From: an uncultured Desulfospira sp.
GTDB taxonomy: Bacteria; Desulfobacterota; Desulfobacteria; Desulfobacterales; Desulfobacteraceae
Direction: 5' to 3'
Assembly: GCA_963663165.1 (NCBI GenBank)
Contig: OY760175.1
Location: 64,001-128,000, forward strand
Length of the DNA: 64,000 nucleotides
In this document: piece after piece, positions 58,986-64,000 of the stretch
Layout: every line of letters starts with the position of its first letter
Numbering within the stretch: position 1 is the first letter of the stretch
Made by a program: the position numbers and the translations under genes
The notes under the pieces: model-generated
Told to the model about the DNA's origin: nothing
The model's database searches: none
Seen by the model: only the letters and a program-made list of their open reading frames with translations

Positions 58986-59555
58986 TCAGTTTGATTTACC
59001 CGTTCTCAGGGCAAACAGGTCTTTACCGACTCTATGGATTGTATACGTATGCCTGTCATCACTGCCCAGGGCGTATCCGTCCTTCATGAACCCCTTGAAC
59101 CCGGTGTAGGTTTTGCTTAATCGAATCTCTTCATAGGCCTCGCGGGTAGAAATTTCTTTGTCCCGGAGGAGTTTTTCCCCTATGGGCAGGGTTAAAAGCT
59201 GTTTTCGGTACAGGTCATATTCGGAAAATCCCATGTCCGAGAGCACCACTTTGGCCGAAGCAAAGCCCTTGGCGGATAAATCAATCAGCAAATCCACGAC
59301 TTGAGGATACCCTGAAGCGGCTTTGAATCCGCTTTTGTTTCTGGCATAGAAAACGAAGAGTGTCAGAATGACAGCCCGGATTAAATTTTTCGTTTTTTCA
59401 TCTTCAGGGTCCTGGGAGAATTCCAGTCCCAGGTCAATCAGTATGCCAAGTGCGTCGGGACCCAGCTTATAAATCTCATGGGCTTTTTGCTCGGCGTCTT
59501 CCTTGTCCTGCCTGACCTGCATGGATGTGAGTCTTTTTTTGATTTCTTTTTTCAT
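58986..59555 (-). CDS. Hypothetical protein
   Basis: Long ORF in the gltA operon; ATG at 59555 after AGGAGG. Confidence 0.65.
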   Translation of the reverse strand: MKKEIKKRLTSMQVRQDKEDAEQKAHEIYKLGPDALGILIDLGLEFSQDPEDEKTKNLIRAVILTLFVFYARNKSGFKAASGYPQVVDLLIDLSAKGFASAKVVLSDMGFSEYDLYRKQLLTLPIGEKLLRDKEISTREAYEEIRLSKTYTGFKGFMKDGYALGSDDRHTYTIHRVGKDLFALRTGKSN

Positions 59556-59607
59556 GCCTCCTAACACCGTTCTTGTTTTATCTGATTATCCAAAGGAAGC
59601 CTGGCGC

Positions 59608-60792
59608 TTATCGGTCCTCAAAGTCGGTGTAGACACACTCGTCGGGCCCGCAATAGTCTCCCACATAATCGGCACCGGGCCGGTAAAGGGTGGGTTTGGG
59701 CGCTGCCGTGGCAAACTGCTCTTCAATAACATGGGCGCACCAGCCGCTGACCCGGGATACGGCAAACAGCGGGGTAAACAGGTCCGTGGCAATGCCCATG
59801 GCATGGAACAGGGATGCCGAGTAAAAATCCACGTTGCAGTAAATGTCCCGCTGCTTTCTCTCTTTGAACGCGGCCTTGGCCTTGATTTCCAGTTCCCGGG
59901 ACAGCTCATACCACTTTGGCTGTCCGGCAATCTGCCCCATTCTTTTGCTCATGGGGGCCAGCACCTTGGCCCTGGGATCATCGGTCTGGTAAACGGCATG
60001 CCCGAGCCCCATGATCAACCCGCCGGATTCAAGGGTCTGGTTGATATAGTCGTCTATCCGGTCCGTGGAGTCGATCTCCTTGAGCATTTTCATGACCCGG
60101 ACATTGGCCCCGCCGTGAAGGGGACCGGACAGGGAGCCGATGGCCCCGGAGACGGCTGCCGCCATATGGGCCCTGGTGGAGGCAATCTGCCTTGCCGTAA
60201 AGGTGGATGCATTAAAGGAGTGCTCGGCATGGAGAACGAGGCCGGCATCAAAAAACCGGGCGGTTTCAGGATCCGGTCTCTCCCCGTTGAGCATGTACAG
60301 AAAATTGGCGGCATGGCTTAAATCATTGTCCGGCGCAACAGCTTTCTTCCCGTTTCTGATCCGGTCCCATGCCGCCGTAATCACGGCAATGCCGGCAATG
60401 AGATTTTCTGCACTGTACAGGGCATTTTCAAGCTTGGGTTCTTCTAAAAGCCCTTTGTCTGCCTGACCAAGCAACGGAACCGCCGCCTGAAGGACATCCA
60501 TGGGATTCATTTGAGGGGGCAGGACGGCAAGGAAGTCAAAAATGTTTTCCGGCACAGCCCGTTTGAGTTTCAGGCTCTGGGTAAACTCCTCCAGCTCCTG
60601 TTTTTTGGGAAGCCGTTCGTACAGCAACAGAAAACATACCTCTTCAAAGGTGGCATGTTCCGCCAGGTCCTGGACCAGAAACCCCCGGTAAATCAGTTTT
60701 CCTTCTTTTCCCCGGACGTCGCAGATCTTTGAGCTGGCAACGTCCACACCTCTTAAACCGGTATTCATTAAGGGTAAGCATTCATCAGTCAT
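59608..60792 (-). CDS. gltA: Citrate synthase (short, citrate/2-methylcitrate type)
   Basis: GLRGV, LIYRG, HAEHSFNASTF, GPLHGGAN, MGLGHAVY, NVDFYS, SRVSGW. Confidence 0.92.
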   Translation of the reverse strand: MTDECLPLMNTGLRGVDVASSKICDVRGKEGKLIYRGFLVQDLAEHATFEEVCFLLLYERLPKKQELEEFTQSLKLKRAVPENIFDFLAVLPPQMNPMDVLQAAVPLLGQADKGLLEEPKLENALYSAENLIAGIAVITAAWDRIRNGKKAVAPDNDLSHAANFLYMLNGERPDPETARFFDAGLVLHAEHSFNASTFTARQIASTRAHMAAAVSGAIGSLSGPLHGGANVRVMKMLKEIDSTDRIDDYINQTLESGGLIMGLGHAVYQTDDPRAKVLAPMSKRMGQIAGQPKWYELSRELEIKAKAAFKERKQRDIYCNVDFYSASLFHAMGIATDLFTPLFAVSRVSGWCAHVIEEQFATAAPKPTLYRPGADYVGDYCGPDECVYTDFEDR

Positions 60793-60806
60793 AGAACACC
60801 TCGTAT

Positions 60807-60834
60807 TTGTAGCTGTTAGCTTTTAGCTGTTGGT
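60807..60834 (-). repeat. GCTAAnn heptamer repeat (3-4 units)
   Basis: Minus strand accaaca gctaaaa gctaaca gctacaa, just before the GAGGTG RBS of gltA. Confidence 0.7.
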
Positions 60835-60853
60835 CGGGCAGGCCTATAATTGG

Positions 60854-61183
60854 TTAGAAAACCTTTTCCGGGGGCCTTCTTTCCGGAACATAATCAGACT
60901 CTCTCTGGTTGTTGTGCAACTCCTTGGAGATGTAAAGCCCGCAGTAACAGGCACCGAATTCTTCAAGGTCGGCCTGCCGGTAATCGCATGGGCAGATAAT
61001 ATCTTTGTCTTTTTCACTGTCACCACAGGCCAGCCGGCACGGGCAGGCCATGTAGCCGTATCGCTCTTTGTTTAAAACAAGGGATTCCAAAAGCTCAAAC
61101 ACCAGGTCCGTATCCTTATTAAAATAGATCTGCTTGGCCTCATTGGCCTTTTTGAGCATTTCGTACAGTTTTTGAATATCCAT
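60854..61183 (-). CDS. Ferredoxin-thioredoxin reductase catalytic subunit-like protein
   Basis: CPCR, CPC, CYCGLY motif triad. Confidence 0.9.
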   Translation of the reverse strand: MDIQKLYEMLKKANEAKQIYFNKDTDLVFELLESLVLNKERYGYMACPCRLACGDSEKDKDIICPCDYRQADLEEFGACYCGLYISKELHNNQRESDYVPERRPPEKVF

Positions 61184-61440
61184 CAGTTTACTCCCAGGGC
61201 TTTTTTGATGTCTCTTTCTTTGTATCCCACAATCACGGTATCGTTGATTTTAATGGTGGGGAATGAACACTTGGGGTTCAGTTTCTTGATATCCTCTAAA
61301 ATCGCCCGGCGCTCATCCCCTTCAAGGGTGTCGACTTCAACATAGTTATATTCAACCTCACACTCCGACAACAGCCGTTTGGTGGATTTGCAATGTCCGC
61401 ATGTGCTCAAGGCATATAAAGTGGTGTCATTTTCTGCCAT
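61183..61440 (-). CDS. Glutaredoxin-like protein
   Basis: LSTCGHC, SFPT, VGY; start MAEND at 61440 after AGGAG. Confidence 0.9.
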   Translation of the reverse strand: MAENDTTLYALSTCGHCKSTKRLLSECEVEYNYVEVDTLEGDERRAILEDIKKLNPKCSFPTIKINDTVIVGYKERDIKKALGVN

Positions 61441-61519
61441 GGTATCTCCTTTAAGAATTTTTGAACCCGGAGGGGCTGGTGCCGGTCCGGTGGAATTGGG
61501 TAATTCGGTAAATAAATGA

Positions 61520-61535
61520 TGCACAATTTATGCCA
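61520..61535 (-). promoter_or_regulatory. Sigma54 promoter of the grx-FTR-gltA operon
   Basis: Minus strand TGGCATAAATTGTGCA, GG-N10-GC. Confidence 0.65.
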
Positions 61536-61612
61536 GATTTTTGTTTGAAAGTAAATCGGGCTTTGAGTCTGTGTATAGTCCTTATTGGTGGTGGGGATAA
61601 TAATGTATATTG

Positions 61613-61698
61613 TTGAGACTTGGGATATGGGATATGGGACTTGGGGAGGCCGTGGATGCCGCAATCCCCAGGTCCCATATCCCAAGTCCCAAGTCCAA
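61613..61698. repeat. Palindrome built from (T/A)TGGGA(C/T) heptamers
   Basis: Left arm ttgagac ttgggat atgggat atgggac ttgggga; right arm tccccag gtcccat atcccaa gtcccaa gtccaa. Confidence 0.85.
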
Positions 61699-61736
61699 TT
61701 TTTTGGAGACCTTATTTTAAATCAAACACTCAATCC

Positions 61737-61752
61737 TGGCCCGCAAATTGCT
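61737..61752 (+). promoter_or_regulatory. Sigma54 promoter (rightward)
   Basis: TGGCCCGCAAATTGCT, near-consensus -24/-12. Confidence 0.7.
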
Positions 61753-61761
61753 ACATAAACC

Positions 61762-61831
61762 CATAGACATCCACAAACCGGGTTCTCCGGTAAGATCTAT
61801 GTGGATCAGAAATGATAGGAACACCGGTTTG
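61762..61831 (+). ncRNA. Candidate structured RNA/leader starting at the predicted sigma54 TSS
   Basis: CAAACCGG-GTTCT ... GGAAC-A-CCGGTTTG closing stem enclosing a GATCT-ATGT-GGATC hairpin. Confidence 0.35.
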
Positions 61832-62021
61832 AAATTTATTAGGTGTTGATTTAATTAACAAAATTTTTAATAATTGGGTCATCAAGAGAATTCATGTTTC
61901 ATTTACACCATCTGTATAGCGCAAGTGTGTCAAAAACCGGCCTGATCTTTGAAACGGTTCTGTCTGGTAAGACAACACTGTATCATAAACCATCTCAAAA
62001 AGAGACCGGGGGGACCGGGCA

Positions 62022-63197
62022 ATGAGTCAATGGATCTGTTCTGTCTGTCATGAGAAGTTTAAGGAAGCGCCCCTGCCGGAAAAATGCCCTAATTGCGGCT
62101 CAGATCAGGCATTGATTTTAGAGGAAACCGACTATCCCCAGACCCTGGATGAGGTTAGGGACAGGGCCAGAACCAAGCTTAAAGGGATTTGTGCGGCATA
62201 CCCGTCCTGTGACGGCAGTTTTGAAAAAATTTGCCAGAGAGAGGCTTACGGCAAGCCCATCGGCCTTGGCGGGGCCGGATCCGGCCGCTCTTTCAGGGCC
62301 AATTCAACGGCCCTTGAAGCCGTGCAGCTGAACCTGTCGGTTCTTGGGGATCATTTTACACCGGACCCGTCCTGTACGTTTTTAGGCATTGATCTTGAAT
62401 TTCCCGTGTTGGCCTCATCAACGGCCGGGGTGGAAAAATACAATGACACCATGGACGAAACGGCCTTTTGCATTTCCGTCTTAAAAGGGGCACAGGAGGC
62501 CGGCACCATCGGTCTGCGGGGGGATACCTGGTTTTATACCGAAGAGAAACACCCCAGTCTCGACGCCATGGCTGCCTGCAGCGGGTTCGGCATTCCCATT
62601 TTCAAACCCCGGTCCCAGGATGTGTTAAAACGGCTCATTGAAAGGGCTCAGACCCTTGGCTGCAAGGCTGTGGGGGTGGATCTGGACGGGTGCGGCTCCA
62701 CCATCATGGCCCGGCACGGCCAGCCCGTGTTTAAAAAAAGTGCCAAGGATATCCGGGAGCTGGTTGAATTCTCTTCTTTGCCGTTTATAGCCAAGGGGAT
62801 CATGCTCCCTGAAGAAGCCGAAGCCTGTGTGGAAGCCGGGGCTGCCGTTATCGGGGTGTCCAACCACGGGGGACGGGTCCTGGATTCCACGCCCGGAACC
62901 GCCACCATGCTGCCCCGGGTGAAGGAACGGATCAAGGATTCGGCCCTCATTACCGTGGATGGCGGGGTGAGAACCGGGTACGATGTCCTTAAAATGCTGG
63001 CCCTGGGCGCCGATGTGGTGATGCTGGGCAGAGATATTATCCGGGCCGCCGTGGGGGGCGGCACTCCCGGTGTTAAAATGCACCTGGAACACGTTAAAAG
63101 TACATTAAAAAAAGCCATGTTCATGACAGGGACCCATACCCCTGCCATGGCCGATAAGCGAATTTTATTTAAGGAGGAACCATGGGAAAAGTCTTGA
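62022..63197 (+). CDS. Rubredoxin-like domain fused to FMN-dependent alpha-hydroxy-acid dehydrogenase
   Basis: WICSVC...CPNC; Cys cluster CAAYPSCDG....IC; KGIM, VSNHGGRVLD, DGGVRTG.DVLK.LALGA. Confidence 0.88.
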   Translation: MSQWICSVCHEKFKEAPLPEKCPNCGSDQALILEETDYPQTLDEVRDRARTKLKGICAAYPSCDGSFEKICQREAYGKPIGLGGAGSGRSFRANSTALEAVQLNLSVLGDHFTPDPSCTFLGIDLEFPVLASSTAGVEKYNDTMDETAFCISVLKGAQEAGTIGLRGDTWFYTEEKHPSLDAMAACSGFGIPIFKPRSQDVLKRLIERAQTLGCKAVGVDLDGCGSTIMARHGQPVFKKSAKDIRELVEFSSLPFIAKGIMLPEEAEACVEAGAAVIGVSNHGGRVLDSTPGTATMLPRVKERIKDSALITVDGGVRTGYDVLKMLALGADVVMLGRDIIRAAVGGGTPGVKMHLEHVKSTLKKAMFMTGTHTPAMADKRILFKEEPWEKS

Positions 63198-63616
63198 TTG
63201 TATTTGCTACCAGAACTGAAGAAACCGGCGGGATTGCCAACCTGATTGCTGAAGGGATTCGAATTTCCGGCCATGAATGTGTGGTTAAAAAATCTCCTGA
63301 AATCAAAAAAGAAACGGATTTAACCGGGTATGATGCCTATGTGTTCGGCTCTCCCACCTACCACGGGGAGATGGTGACCGGTATGAAACAGCTGCTGTTC
63401 ATGGCCGAACGGGCCGGTCTTGAAGGCAAACCCGGCGGATCATTCGGGTCCTATGGCTGGAGCGGTGAAGCGGCCGGCCGGATATTTGACACCATGGACC
63501 ATATTTTTAAGATGAAAATGGTGCCGTCAGGTCCCCTGATGCTTAAAACCAGCCAGATTCAGGGTGCCATCCAGGCCGCCCAGCAGTACGGAAAAGACAT
63601 TGCGGCCATGCTTTAA
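63182..63616 (+). CDS. Flavodoxin-domain protein
   Basis: ATRTEETG, GSPTY, FGSYGWSGEA. Confidence 0.9.
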   Translation: MGKVLIVFATRTEETGGIANLIAEGIRISGHECVVKKSPEIKKETDLTGYDAYVFGSPTYHGEMVTGMKQLLFMAERAGLEGKPGGSFGSYGWSGEAAGRIFDTMDHIFKMKMVPSGPLMLKTSQIQGAIQAAQQYGKDIAAML

Positions 63617-63711
63617 CTGCTGCCGCTTTTTCAATAAAGAAGGTGACCATCAATTGGGGTGGGCCGTATCTATCAGTGCCCAACCCAAAAACATAAGGCA
63701 AAACCTTTCTA

Positions 63712-64000
63712 ATGGAAAAATTAAACATCAGCAAGGGGTTTAAGCACAAATTTTCAGGGCGGCCGGACGTGAGCTTTATTCACCGGATGGATTCCCATAC
63801 CCTGGCCCTGTCGGCCCAGGGACTTTCGTATATCCGGCCCAAAGTTCTGGTCAAAGAGGGGGATAGGGTCAACACCGGCATGCCCCTTTTTTGTGACAAA
63901 CAGGACCCTGATCTGGTCTACGTGTCTCCGGGAACGGGCCTGGTCAAACAGATCCGGTTTGGAGAGCGGCGCCGCTTAATCGAAATCATCATTGAGCGGG
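63712..64000 (+). CDS. nqrA: Na+-translocating NADH:quinone reductase subunit A, N-terminal part (runs off the right edge)
   Basis: Manual translation MEKLNISKGF...IRPKVLVKEGDRVNTGMPLFCDKQDPDLVYVSPGTGLVKQIRFGERRRLIEIII matches the NqrA N-terminal pattern. Confidence 0.8.
   Translation, partial: MEKLNISKGFKHKFSGRPDVSFIHRMDSHTLALSAQGLSYIRPKVLVKEGDRVNTGMPLFCDKQDPDLVYVSPGTGLVKQIRFGERRRLIEIIIER

Overview
Gene-dense chromosomal window from a sulfate-reducing deltaproteobacterium (Desulfobacteraceae-like, inferred from a complete dsrTMKJOP operon and overall gene style). Left to right it holds: an intact single-ORF IS66-family element (15-bp IRs, 8-bp TSD) inserted in the leader of a large secreted-protein gene; epmB, an orphan DUF4280 gene and a HypD glycyl radical enzyme with its activase; a sigma54-controlled cytoplasmic Mo/W enzyme + ferredoxin + TRAP operon; an orphan radical SAM protein; a hybrid kinase; dsrTMKJOP; an expanded MglA/MglB GTPase cluster with extra roadblock-like proteins, an acidic scaffold, a degenerate HD-GYP protein and a DUF4388 protein; icd coupled to an atypical Fic/Doc gene; a Mg/phosphate/c-di-AMP cluster (USP, mgtE, Na/Pi, CdaA-CdaR fusion, CNNM); a glutaredoxin-FTR-citrate synthase operon; and the start of nqrA. 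Non-coding structure is rich: a dispersed 90-bp tandem hairpin repeat at two loci, four GCTAAnn heptamer arrays sitting just upstream of start codons, heptamer-built palindromes, several sigma54 promoters and a candidate structured RNA. No rRNA, tRNA or CRISPR array was found. All calls are by eye from sequence motifs; no database searches were run.
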